Shown: in pieces, positions 12,501-24,700 of the stretch
Numbering within the stretch: position 1 is the stretch's first letter
Layout of the letters: each line of letters starts with the position of its first letter
Origin: Asterias rubens
Taxonomy: Eukaryota
Direction: 5' to 3'
DNA length: 64,000 bases
NCBI RefSeq assembly: GCF_902459465.1
Contig: NC_047064.1
Span: 15,376,001 to 15,440,000 of the forward strand
The notes under the pieces: model-generated
Databases searched by the model: none
Seen by the model: only the letters and a program-made list of their open reading frames with translations
Told to the model about the DNA's origin: nothing
Translations under genes and position numbers: made by a program

Positions 12501-15500
12501 AGATGATGCCAAGAAAGATTTTATAGGTGGGGTTTATTTCTTATATTATTCCAAAAGCGCTCTAGTAGCAAATTTCAATTTTTAATTTTAATGTTCAATG
12601 TTGATGTCAACTGAAAACTTTTCACCTTTTGTGATGAATATTAAATTTAAACCTGTTTTCCTTTTTTCTTTTTTTTTTTTTTTTTTTTTCATAAGCAACA
12701 AAAAACATACACATACAATTAATCACAGCCAACCAGCACAATTAAACAAAAAAGCCTAAAGGGCAGTAGGAAAACAAGAAAACCATGGAGCTGCATGGAC
12801 AGAAGATTTAAATAAAAAGGGAAAACAAAAAGACCAAGGACTAGACAGTGCCAACTAGACATCTAAACATCAGATAAACATGAAAACCAGGCAGAAAATT
12901 CTACTTAAACCATATTAACCCAATTGTTTTTAAAGGCAGTGGACACTATTGGTAATTACTCAAAATAATTATTAGCATAAAACCTGGTAACGAGTAATAG
13001 ACCGTATTGAAAATGACGTCACGCGGCTCAAATATCTTATCTACAATATGGCGTCTGTGCATGTGTGCTTGCATGTGCCAAAGAAATCAAACCGGGAATG
13101 TTGCATGTTGCGTGCTTCGATGATGTACGCGTTGGACGCGCATACGGTTTGCCCTACAAGATGGCGACTTTTCATATAAAAAAGGGGTTATTCAATACGG
13201 TCTATTGGGAGAGGTTGATAGCATAAAACATTGTGAGAAATGGCTCCCTCTGATGAAGTCGCGTAGTTTCCGAGAAAGATGTAATTTTCTTCAAATTTGA
13301 TTTTTGGACCTCAGATTTAGAATTTGAGTTCTCGAAATCAAGCATCTGAAAGTAAACAACTTTGTTTTATAATGGTGTTTTTGCTTTCATTATTATCTCC
13401 CAACTTTGATGACCAAATGAGCTCAAATTTTGAGCAAAGGTTTGTTATTTTATGCATTATGTTGAGATACACCAAGTGAGAAGACTGGTCGTTGACAATT
13501 ACCAATAGCTTCCACAATACCCCCAAGAGGTCTGCACTTTATTCTTGTATCTGTACCAATTTCCTCCAATGCAGGTATACCAACTGATGAACCAAACGCA
13601 GTAGTTGTTGGTTTAACTCCAGACAATTTCAACTATGCAACACTCAACACAGCATTCAAGTAAGCAAACAATATTGTAGCTATAAAACTTTAAACTGATA
13701 GCACTTCTATAAAGTGATGTTGTGTTTTGTACATGTATATGGGATTTTGAGGCATAGCATGGTGAGGTATCAATATTTTTGGTTGTATTGTGTGTATCTA
13801 CTTGCTGGGTAAATGATTTTTGAGAACTTCAAGTCTGGCTTTATATTCTCCTCTTCAGAAGTGGGGAGGTCTCCGGAATTTCCGAAAACTCTACTCTGCA
13901 GCAGTACAGTATAAAACAAGACGAGTTCTCAAAAGAACATAATCTACCTGGCAAGTAGATACACACCTGGTGATACCGCAAGAAACCAATTATTTTGTGT
14001 AGACGCTATTTTCTGAGGACATCATTTTGCCCTGACATGATGAAATGAATTCACTGTTCATGTAATTGTTGAATTCCATTCCTCAGCAAGAGTGTCGCTA
14101 AAAAGGTCATTGATGCATTTGTTACTTCTCATTTTGACAATGGCAATGCAGTCTTCCTAACAACCAGATTTCCCATCTCCAACGCCTCAAAACGCTGCAG
14201 CCCGCATCGTGACACTCCCATTCTTAAACAATTTCACTGCCTCCCTATCTCTCAACGAATCATCTTTAAGGTGATGGCCACTATATTTCTGAACTACTTC
14301 AAGTTTACACTCCGTCAAGGAATCTTGAATCCAGTTTCATGCTTCTCTTTGAACCCAAGTCTCGACACTGGGGTGACAGGTCTTTTTTCTTCATCTCCCC
14401 ACGCATCTGGAACTCTCTACCACTTAGTCTTAGATCTTGTCTTTGTACCACAAAGTTCAAATCTCTTCTCAAACCTTATCTTATGTCACAGGTTTTCAAG
14501 GACTAATTTAGTTGGGTCTATTTTCTTTTGTTTTATTTTTGGTTTTTATTGTGCCTTGAACACCCAGCAGGATGGATTGCGCATTAAAAGTCTTTTTTAT
14601 TGTTATTATTATTGTTATTTCATTTTATCACAGCATGCAAAAGAAAGATCTCATTTTCCTTTGTGCCGGTAACTCCTCGAGCCGGGCTACGTCCCGTAGC
14701 CTTAGATCTCAAGGGTCTTTCTCAGGATCCTCGCTGTTCCCAAAAGCGCTGCCTTCTGTAATAGATCTACCCTCACATTTGTCCCTATTTCATCTAGATG
14801 TTTCCCCAGTGCTTTGGGAATGGTGCCAAGTGCTCCAACCACCACGGGGACTACTTTTACCTTTACCTGCCAAATCTTACGAAGTTCCCTGGCCAGGTCC
14901 TGGTACTTCTCGATCTTTTCCATCTCCTTCGAAGCTACCCTTATATCACCTGGCACCGCTATGTCAATGAGATGACACATCTTCTTCGTCTTATCTAATA
15001 GCACAACATCCGGACGCCTATGTTGTATAACATGATCGGTCTGAATGTTAAAGTCCCATAGGATCTTGACCTGGTCGTTCTCTACAACTNNNNNNNNNNN
15101 NNNNNNNNNNNNNNNNNNNNNNNNNNNNNNNNNNNNNNNNNNNNNNNNNNNNNNNNNNNNNNNNNNNNNNNNNNNNNNNNNNNNNNNNNNNNNNNNNNNN
15201 NNNNNNNNNNNNNNNNNNNNNNNNNNNNNNNNNNNNNNNNNNNNNNNNNNNNNNNNNNNNNNNNNNNNNNNNNNNNNNNNNNNNNNNNNNNNNNNNNNNN
15301 NNNNNTTCCCTTTTTCTAGATTAATTCTAGAAGGTGCGCCCCTGATTGCGATCCACAAAGGGAAGTACTTCAAGAAGCTTGATGGTCTAGCTCTGGGGCC
15401 AGGACCCTTTGTTGAAGCTCTGGAATATGCCACTGGAACGACAGCAACTGTTGTAGGGAAACCAGAGAAGACGTTCTTCACAGAGGCCTTGAGGAGCTTG

Positions 15501-18500
15501 GGATGTAGTCCAGAAGAAGCTGTGATGATTGGAGATGTAAGTCATTTTAGGAAAGAGTCCCTTGGGTGGAAGTTTTGAGCAGATAATGTCCCCAAGAAAT
15601 TAAACAAATGTCGGGAAGTACAAGTGGCATGCATGCCAAGGGTGAGAGCGGCTATGTGCACCAGACTAATGCTGTGGTGTTTTAGATCAGCAGAGTGTAA
15701 AGTTGAGTCCTGCCTTGTCACTTGTGTGCCAAGGCAAGACACTTAAAGACAGTGGACACTATTGGTAAATTATCAAAATAATTGTTTAGCATGAAAACTT
15801 ACTTCATAATGAGTAATGGAGAGCTGTTGATAGTATAAAACATTGTGAGAAACGGCTCCCTTTGAAGTAATGTAGTTTTCGAGAAAGAATTAATTTTCCA
15901 ATGATGGTGACCTTCGATGACCAATTGAGCTGAAATTTTCACAGGTTTGTTATTTTATGCATTATGTTTAGATACACCAAGTGAGAAGAATGGCCTTTGG
16001 CATATACCAATAGTGTCCAGTGTCTTTAAAGGCAGTGAACACTATTGGTAATTGTCAAAGACCAGTCTTCTAACTTAGTGTAGATTAGCATCATTTAAAG
16101 GTAGTGGACACATTGGTAATTGGTAATTACTCAAAATAATTATTAGCACAAAACTTTACTTGGTAACGAATAATGGGGAGAGGTTGGTAGTATAAAACAT
16201 TGTGAGAAACGGCTCCCTCTGAAGTAACGTACATGTAGTTTTCCGCGAATTAGATTTCGAGACCTCAGATTTAGAATTTGAGGTCTCGAATTCAAGCATC
16301 TGATGAAAGCACACAACTTCAAGTTCTTCGACGACCAATTGAGCTCAAATTTTCACAGGTTTGTTATTTTATGCATATGTTGAGATACACCAAATGAGAA
16401 GACTGGTCTTTGACAATTACCAATAGGGTCTTAAAATGTAGGTTCATAGATTTGTTTGTGTCAACGTTTGTAGTCAAAATAATCAAGAAAGATACAACAT
16501 CGAACACCTGTGAAAATTTCAGCTGAATACAGTCTTAACTTATAGAGAAAACAGTAAAAACCAGCACTTTCATTTAGAAACTTGAACCATCCATGTTTAG
16601 CGAGGTACCAACCACTTACCTGGCTGCAGCATTCACAAATGAACGCCACAGACATTTGAATTTGTCGACTTGATTTGTAATCAATTTCGCAAGGTGCCTC
16701 TTACCATGGCAGAGTGGTTTAGAGTAGTCAATTCAAGTTCTGGTGGTTAAGATGCTATGTCAGATTTGTGGCCCTAAAAATAAAAATAAATGTTTAACTT
16801 TTACTTGTAATGATCAGGAACCACGCCAAAAATTTAAAAAGTTTCTTATAAAACACATACACATAAGAATTGGTCACATGATATATTGTTGGGATCCCGA
16901 CAAAAACTAATTTTGAGCACTTTGTTTCACTTCTACTAATAATTAGAGGACTTTTTCAAGCAATGGCTCAAATGAAAGCTTGTAACTTTCTCGACTCCCA
17001 TCAAATTACCTATTGAATTGTAAATCAAAATTTGTGGGTCAAATCGGCCAAAAATCTGACATAGCATCTTTAAGTCATGCAAGGGTAAAGGTTGCATATT
17101 TAATGGAAAAGCCACTAGCGTTTAAGGCAGCTCAGGGCTGTATAGACAATGTGACCTTTGTTTACATTCAAACCGCCCTCTGTTGCCAAAACTCTGTATA
17201 CGCCATGTTTCGCCGGACAAAAATACGCGTAGTCATGGTAAGATTGCATACACTTTCTAGCTGGCTGCCAAAACACAAAGGTTTTGCACGGCGGTATGCG
17301 CGCGAATCGTGTTATGGTTTTCGAGAGACGTCAGTAGAGGTCACATCGTCTATACTCCCATGGGAGCTGAGAAAGATTAAAAAAGGAATGTTATTTGCCC
17401 AATGATCAGGGCACTGATGTAAAACGTATCGAGACGTAATGGTGAAATTTGCTATATAAGAACATAGTGTTATCCAACTTTATACCAATGCTTTCAGTTA
17501 CCCAAGATTGACCCTACCATTAACGTTAATGCTTACTGTAAATTTCTGTGTATCTATCCAGGATGCAAGGGATGATGTTCAAGGAGCAATACAAGCTGGC
17601 CTAAAGGGAATCTTGGTCAATACAGGTTAATATATCTTCTTTATCTATGAAGTTTGTTAGCAGGCTCAAATGACAGAGTGAGCGGAAGTTTTCACAGGTT
17701 TATTTTTTTGTGTTTATATTTGGTGATGTAAAGTGTGGATACTGATCTTATACAGTGACCAACGTTGTACATTTGCTTTAACATGTTTTTAAGAAATTAC
17801 AGAATTTGTAAAGCGCTAGATGGTGTAAATTGCAAACAAAACCACTCATCGCAACAAAACAAGACCCAAAGAACTGCCAAAAGATGTACAGTTTATTTGA
17901 GGGCAGCCCTCATCAAGTTCTGAGTACTAAAACATCTCAACAGAGCTTCTCATTGTGTTTCATTTGTAACTAATTCAGCTGGCCTTTTACGTAGATATTG
18001 CCTTAAGTCAAATGGCTAAGAGGATAAGGGCACGGAACTCAAGCTCTGGGGCCAATTTCATAGAGCTGAAAATAGCTTGCTTATTTATCACATGTTACTG
18101 GCCAAATGTCATGTCGAATATTTTGCTTGTGACTGGTATTTAGCTGTTGTTTACTTAGCATAACAATTGAGTCGAGTCTTGGCCAGGGGCCAATTTCATA
18201 GAGCTGCTTAAGCAAAAAATTTGCTTAAGCAAGAAAATAGCTGGCTTATTTATCACGTTACTGGCCAAATGTCATGTCGAATATATTGCTTGTGACTGGT
18301 ATTTAGCTGTTGTTTACTTAGCATGACAATTGAGTCGAGTCTTGGCCAGGGGCCAATTTCATAGAGCTGCTTAAGCAAAAAATTTGCTTAAGCACGAAAA
18401 TAGCTGGCTTATTTTACACATGTTACTGGCCAAAATTTCATGACATATACATTGCTTGTGACTGGTATTTAAGTATTGTTCACTTAGCATAATAATTGAG

Positions 18501-19481
18501 TGGAGTCTTGGCCGGTAATCTGATTTTACTAAGAAAGGATTTTTTTGCTTAAGCAAAATTTTGTGCTTAAGCAGCTCTATGAAATTGGCCCCAGTACTCT
18601 GATTTTACTAAGCAAGGATGTTTCTGCTTAAGCAAATTTTGTTGCTTAAGCAGCTCTATGAAATTGGGCCCTGGTGTTTCTGTTTATGAGAGTGTGGGTT
18701 CGAGTCCCAGTCGTGACAATTGTGTCCCTGAGCAAGACACTGTAATTGGTTCTCTCCACCCAGGGGTAAATGAGTACATGTGAGGGCAGAGATGGTGATT
18801 GATTTAGCTGAGTGAGTAGCACATATTTGTTGCACAGGCTGCATCTCCCCAGGGAGCTGAGTTGGTTTAAGGAATGAATTAAATGTTACCACCAGGGTAA
18901 CTACACCAGGGGGTAAAAGTGTTGGAAGTGCTTGGGGTGCCCTTTGGGTGTGCAAAGCATCATGTAACTGTTATTATTAATTATATTATTATTATTATTA
19001 TTATAGGTTTTCTCGGTCAATTTCGGAAAATGAGCAGCCAATTTAATGAGTTTTTTTAATTTCGTTTTATGAGTAGTCATAAATGTAATGTTGTGTCATG
19101 CGACTTAACAAAATAGTCATTCAATTTAACAATTCATCAAAGCAGCATTCAAATTCGCAGATGCTTTTGGGGGCGTGTGTGTCACGAAAAAGAATGACGA
19201 CAAGAGTGCTAAAGGAATTTGACTCGACTCAAAACGAAATTGAATGGCCGAATGCTGAATTTGAAACGCTGTAACAACTGGATGGGCAAAACAGCTTTAA
19301 TTCGAACGCATGAAAATGAAATTGACTGCCGATTTGCCGAAATTGACCGAGAAAACCTATATTATAATTTTAAACAGGGAAATATCGTCCTGGTGATGAA
19401 GACAACATTCAACCAAGAGCTTACGCCGTCTGTTCAAGTTTTCCAGAGGCAGTGGAACATATTATTTCCAATATGTTATGA
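9549..19481 (+). CDS. HDHD2: Haloacid dehalogenase-like hydrolase domain-containing protein 2, 259 aa; exons 9549-9649, 12318-12526, 13575-13659, 15320-15536, 17562-17625, 19378-19481
   Basis: Motifs are IDLSGTLH (HAD motif I), [29 protein letters not shown] and GKYRPGDE. Exon lengths 101+209+85+217+64+104 = 780 nt, all GT-AG and in phase. Confidence 0.96.
9843..9969. mobile_element. ~125-bp MITE (TTCCGTATGGCGCCACCAC...GTGGTGGCGCCATACGGAA); a doubled copy lies at about 57540-57745
   Basis: Inverted termini, repeated elsewhere in the window. Confidence 0.7.
10013..10744. mobile_element. Foldback-type non-autonomous DNA transposon with ~260-bp TIRs and an 8-9-bp TSD ((C)CAACCTCG)
   Basis: Ends are GGTCGCACTAAAAACCGACAACTCACGAC... 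and ...GTTGTCGGTATTTAGTGCGACC, with CAACCTCG on both flanks. Confidence 0.85.
12930..13508. mobile_element. Kolobok-like MITE with a nested ~205-bp TAGACCGTATTGAA...TTCAATACGGTCTA MITE (about 12998-13204)
   Basis: The host element sequence resumes on both sides of the inverted-repeat insert. Confidence 0.8.
14085..14480 (+). mobile_element. Decayed L2/Crack-type LINE 3' fragment
   Basis: Frameshifted remnants read [48 protein letters not shown] and PRIWNSLP. Confidence 0.7.
14598..15089 (-). mobile_element. 3' end of an R4/Dong-like non-LTR retrotransposon (restriction-like endonuclease domain), cut off by the assembly gap
   Basis: The open frame [57 protein letters not shown] (stop at 14702) is a PD-(D/E)xK REL domain. 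It is followed by a short 3' UTR and an (AAT)n-like tail. Confidence 0.85.
15090..15305. other. Assembly gap (216 N)
   Basis: Run of N between the R4-like element and the HDHD2 exon-4 acceptor. Confidence 1.
15743..16433. mobile_element. Chain of three Kolobok-like MITE copies, the middle one truncated
   Basis: The TTAA-AG(G/A)CAGTG(G/A)ACAC-type terminus recurs at about 15743, 16026 and 16095. Confidence 0.8.
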
Positions 19482-19949
19482 TCGGTGAATAGAGTGATAA
19501 CGGCCAAGGTGATTGAAGTTGGTAAGTAATAATAATATTATGAACTAGTTCTTCTAAAGCCCATTTTACAAAAGCGTCTCAATGCGCTTTACATTAGTGC
19601 CTGGTCAATGGGCCAATAATGAATCCTCAATCTTTCCACGCTCCCTTGGAAATACACAGCCCTGAGCTTATTGCGCTTGTGGCTTTTCATACAAAGTATC
19701 AACCTCTACCCTCGCAGGTACCCATTAATAACCCTGGGTGAAGAAAAGCAAATATAGTAAGCATCTTGCTCAAGGGTTCAAGTGTCACTGACCGGGATTT
19801 GAACCCACACTCTAAGGACTTGACCTTTAAAACTTGAATTTGATGCTCTTAAGCACTCTGCCATGACACCCTACTCCAGAACAAAATGATTATAATAACA
19901 TATAGTTTATAAGGCGCACAGTATCTGGAATAGTACCATCCAAAGGCGC

Positions 19950-20135
19950 CGGATGCTAGCAAGCTGACAAATTGAACAGATGAGTCTTGAGGTTGTGTTT
20001 GAATGTTAAGCGATCAGGTGTGTCCCTCAGCTCGTCAGGCAAGGAATTCCAGAGACGCGGTGCGCAGCTGAAAAAGGCACGGTCTCCGTAACTTGCTAGA
20101 CGAGTTTTGGGAACATAAAGTGTGTGTGATGATGA
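19950..20135 (-). mobile_element. Decayed L2-type LINE 3' end
   Basis: The minus strand reads LRSSSHTLYVPKTRLASYGDRAFFSCAPRLWNSLPDELR...FKHNLKTHLF. Confidence 0.75.
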
Positions 20136-21772
20136 TCTAAGGCCTGGTCATAGAAGTGGTCCTGCACAGGATTTTGCTAAGCTTAAATTGATTAGGCAAT
20201 AAACAAATGTTCTGTGTCACATAAGGTGATACTTCGAGTGGATTGAAACAGAGAAAAACAGAGGTGCCCTGCCCCAATTTATTTTAAACAAGATAGAATC
20301 GTTAAAAATCAAACTCACTTGGTGTAAAAGGTTGGGTCACAAATTGCAGGAAAAATTAGGACAACAAATATATGTAAACCATTGACAAAGTCAACAAACT
20401 TAAGCCATAACATCAACCAGATAAACTGTAAAATAGTAAGCACAAGTAGTATGAATGAATAATACGTAATGTTCAACTAAAAAAAGTCTGCACAACCCTT
20501 ACTAATTGACACCATTGCCTGCAAGCCACACACGCCACCTGTACTGCGCTCATAATTTGAGTCAACAGGCTATAGGCAAGCATTTGAACGCTGTATGGCC
20601 TTAATTTTGCATTTCACTGTATAACACACAGAGACATTGACCTGCCACCAAAATGATTGTAATGATGACATCAAGTGAATGGGGCCAATTAATAACATTA
20701 GATGTTCATATGAGGTCATTCAATTGCCGTACTAAAGTTGGTCTAACTCAACTTAGACAAGTTCGGTTTCAACTTTTGTGCGTCTGAACGCAAAAAAGTT
20801 AGACCAAATTGAGTCTAAACCCCAAAACTTAAACCGTCCATCACCGATCCTGTGGATTTGCTTTTCTATTGCCGCCATTACTAGCGTGCTATACTTTCAA
20901 ATTTGAGATGAACTGCCATGGGTGCGAGGCTCTGTAGGGGAAATTCCCTTGGCCAGCAATCACCACGTTGTTGGGAAGGTTAGGAAAATACTGAAAAGTA
21001 CAGGTATTTATGTAACTTACACGTACATGAACATGTAGTGTTGTTTAAGAACGAATTGGAATAAAAATTGCGACACCAGCTTTGGAGAGATTACAACTTC
21101 CAATCGTTTGAGGTGTACAAACTTTGAATAATATTAAATCAGAACCGGTGGTATAAAACGTGTTCGTGTTCCGTGTTCTGAACGTAAGGGGATTTTATTT
21201 TTATGACCCCCCCCCCCCTCCCCGCTTGTCAAAGTTAAACTAGTTTGGGTCTAACTTGGTATGCTGTCGGAACATACCAATGTCTCTGCTTGATAGACTA
21301 AACATGGGACTCTTGTACAAGATAACAGAAAATAAATCCACATTGTATCTAGACCTGTAGTTTTGTATTTCTGGTTTTGCACGGAGTCTGTAAACATCTT
21401 GGTTGTATCATTTAAGAGGTTCTTGGTCTAAAAGAAGAGGGACCAGTCCCTGCAGACTACCGTCCAGGAATTCCACATCTGTCCAATGTCATTTCTTGGC
21501 ACTGGGGACTGATGTGGGTAGTCCAGGCTATGGCATTACACGCAGGCCATAGAGGCCATTGCCTCCGTTGCCCCTGGTTTTGGTCTTGGTGCCCCTTCAA
21601 AACTTCCCCAATTGATTGACTTTAAGTTTTCCAATGGTAGAAGTGCCCTTTGCAAAAATGATAATGGCCTTGCCCTTCAAAGATGCAATTTCCAGGCCTG
21701 TAGTCTTCTCAGAATTTTTTGGGGGATTTAAATTTGGATTGGTTTACTGTGGCGCTCATAAGCGTGGCCAAT

Positions 21773-24700
21773 TCATAAGCGTGGCCCAGTTGCATTCTTG
21801 TGGGATGTTTTTTCCTTCTTCCCCCACATGGCACCACCACCGTCTTCCTCGTCGCTACTTTCATCAACACTTTCTTCTTCTTCTTCATCATCTTGGTCTT
21901 GTGGAATCTTGTATTGATAAGAGTAGTCTAAGACCTCTGAGCGATCGCTGACAGGCAGAAGAAGTTTCTCTTCATCGTCCTTGGTGGAAGAGTCGTCATC
22001 ACTGGAGCCCCTTTATTCATTTAAGACAGTGTTGGAGACAATTAATAATAATAATAATAATAGACAGTTTCTCATATAGACCCTTAGCACAATCATGCAG
22101 TGCACATACACACGCGTCTCATGTCCGCCATTTTGGGTGTAAGACGAGCAGAAACAAGGACTCCCCAAAAAGGCAAAAAATGGTAGTAGATGTGTAAACA
22201 CATGTATCATTCTTTTGTGCACGGTTTTGACACCCAAAATGGCGCTGCACGTTGTGCATAGGGTCTGTCGCACATCAGCCGTAAGATCCCTCTGCGCTTA
22301 AAATAGGTAAAGAAATAATGTTGAAAAAGGCAGAAAAGAAAGTGATAACATTGATTGAACAAATTTGTTTTAACCCAGATTTTAAATTATTTAGTAGTTT
22401 CAGCCTGTTTGAAATTGTTTGGCAAACTGTTCCAAAGATGCACAGTAGCGCCCTGGAAGGTGCAAGAACCATAGGAAATATTTGTGATACCTGGAGCAAA
22501 TTTTTTGAAATGCCATGATTTATCCTTTCTCGAGTTAGGACGAGTAACTCGTCCCAACTTAGGATGGGTTCAAATGCGTCCTAACGTCTATGGATGCAAA
22601 ACTTAACTCGTCCTAAATCCTAAGATTAATCCCAAGTTAGGAAGAGTTTGGTGAAATCGACGGCTGGGGCTGACAAAAGATGTTTGTTCATTTATCGCCA
22701 AATTTCTTGAGTTAGATCCTGGAGATATTTATTGTTTCTTTGAGACACTTAGATTTTAATACATGGAAGAAAAGTGCCGTAGTGTCTTTTACAGACGCCA
22801 AGTTGTTCTGGCCGCCAGTGCTGAGGTAAAAAAACGCTAAACTCTCAGCCAATGAGGGCACTGTTCAAGTTTGTGATGTTATATGCTAGGTGTCTTCACA
22901 GGAAAGATGTTTTATTCATATTATTTCTACAGTTGCAATGCCTGTTGGTGAAGTCTTCTTTACACTTCTTCAATTTAAATGTTTTTCAATGATTTGTGTT
23001 TTCAATTGTAGTGATCAATTGCCGTTTTTCCCACTCATGTTAGTTGATACTTGACAGAAGTACAATAAAAAAAAAGGAGTTATCCGTGATGGGTGTAAAC
23101 ATTGCAACTTACAATTCAAAATCGAAATCGTCCTTTATCAAAGAGCAGTCCACTGGTTGGCTGCATAGATGACACAAGTTATTAATAGCCGAAACACACT
23201 GAAGACAGTAAATTCCTGTGCAGGAAAAGAGTTTGTGGATTTAACAATGATTATCTGAAGGATTCAACCCATTCCTGAAAATCTTTTTTTTTCTTCTTCA
23301 TATTTTGAGACTGTTGTGCGTCATGCTTAAAGACACTGGACACTATTGGTAATTGTCAAAGACAAGTCTTCCCACTTGGTGTATCTCAACATATGCATTA
23401 AATAACAAACCTGTGAAAATTTGAGCTCAATCAGTCATTGAAGTTACGAGATAATAATGAAAGAAAAAACACCCTTGTCACACGAAGTTGTGTGCTTTCA
23501 TATGCTTGATTTCGAGACCTCAAATTCTAAACTTGAGGTCTCGAAATCAAATTCGTGTAAAATTACTTCTTTCTCGAAAATTACATCACTTCAGAGGGGG
23601 CCGTTTCTCACAATGTTTTATACTATCATTCTCTCCCCATTACTCATTATCACGTAAGGTTTTATGCTAATAATTATTTTGAGTAATTACCAATAGTGTC
23701 CACTGCCTTTAACAATGGCAAATGGAACCTGTGTGACAGTTCATGAAAATATGTTCTATTTTGTGTGCGGATATAACAGCATATTAATATCAGAGTTAAA
23801 AAGTAAAGCTCCTGATGCTTTGAAACTGTTTGAAATTGTCGGCCTTTATGAATATTGTACATGTATAATCTTGTTACATGAAAACTGAAAAAAGGTGGAC
23901 TCGTACACAAATTGTTAGGTGGGACCAAGTGTAAAAGTCCCTCTTCACGTAAGAGTTGGGGCACTGAGATTTTCAGTTTATGCAGCAAGCCGACCGCACA
24001 CCGAGCAATACATGGCTATCTCACTGGCCTTTGTATGCTGCTGAAAGTGGACTGGAAAAATCTAACAACACATATTTACATCTTACCAGGGCATTTGAAG
24101 TTGTCACAAAGCACGAAACCGACCCTGTCTGAGAATTTGCCTGGCACCCCGCAGTTGGAGCAGAACTTCCATTTACACCCGACCACTTTGAGTAACATGG
24201 CAGCGATTTTGGATCTGTTTGAAGTGGAAGTAATTCATACAAACAGGTACATTTAGTTCTACATGTAAATCATTAAAAATTATTTTTTATTTAATTTAAA
24301 ATAACTTTCTTTTTTCCACAAAATTACAAACCTGTGAAAGTTTGAACTCGATTGGTCGTTTAAGTTGTGAGATAATAATGGAAGAAAAAAACACCCTTGT
24401 CACACAAACTTGTGTGCTTTCAGAAAATTTAACATCTATTATATATCATGCGGTACGCGCTGCCAAAACATAGGATTCGAACTGCCTCTAGCTACCTCGG
24501 TAGTCTAGTTGGTAAGACACTACTCTAGAAATGATAGGGTCGTGGGTTCAAATCCCACCCAAGTAATATGCCTGTGATATTTTTTTCACAGGACTCGAGG
24601 AAAGTACTGAGTATACAGTGCTAACACACATCGGTGTATGGGTAAAAACAAAAATAAATATGCTTTCAGATGCTTGATTTCGGGACCTCAAAATCTAATT

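Noticed and set aside
14702-15481. Single 259-aa minus-strand ORF spanning the gap
   Set aside because: It is an artefact: the part right of the Ns is antisense to HDHD2 exon 4, and the part left of them is the retrotransposon.
21440-21530. Additional terminal DCST2 exon after a GT at 21840
   Set aside because: The donor is weak (GTGGTG), and the preceding exon reads through naturally to a TGA at 21773. It cannot be excluded without cDNA.
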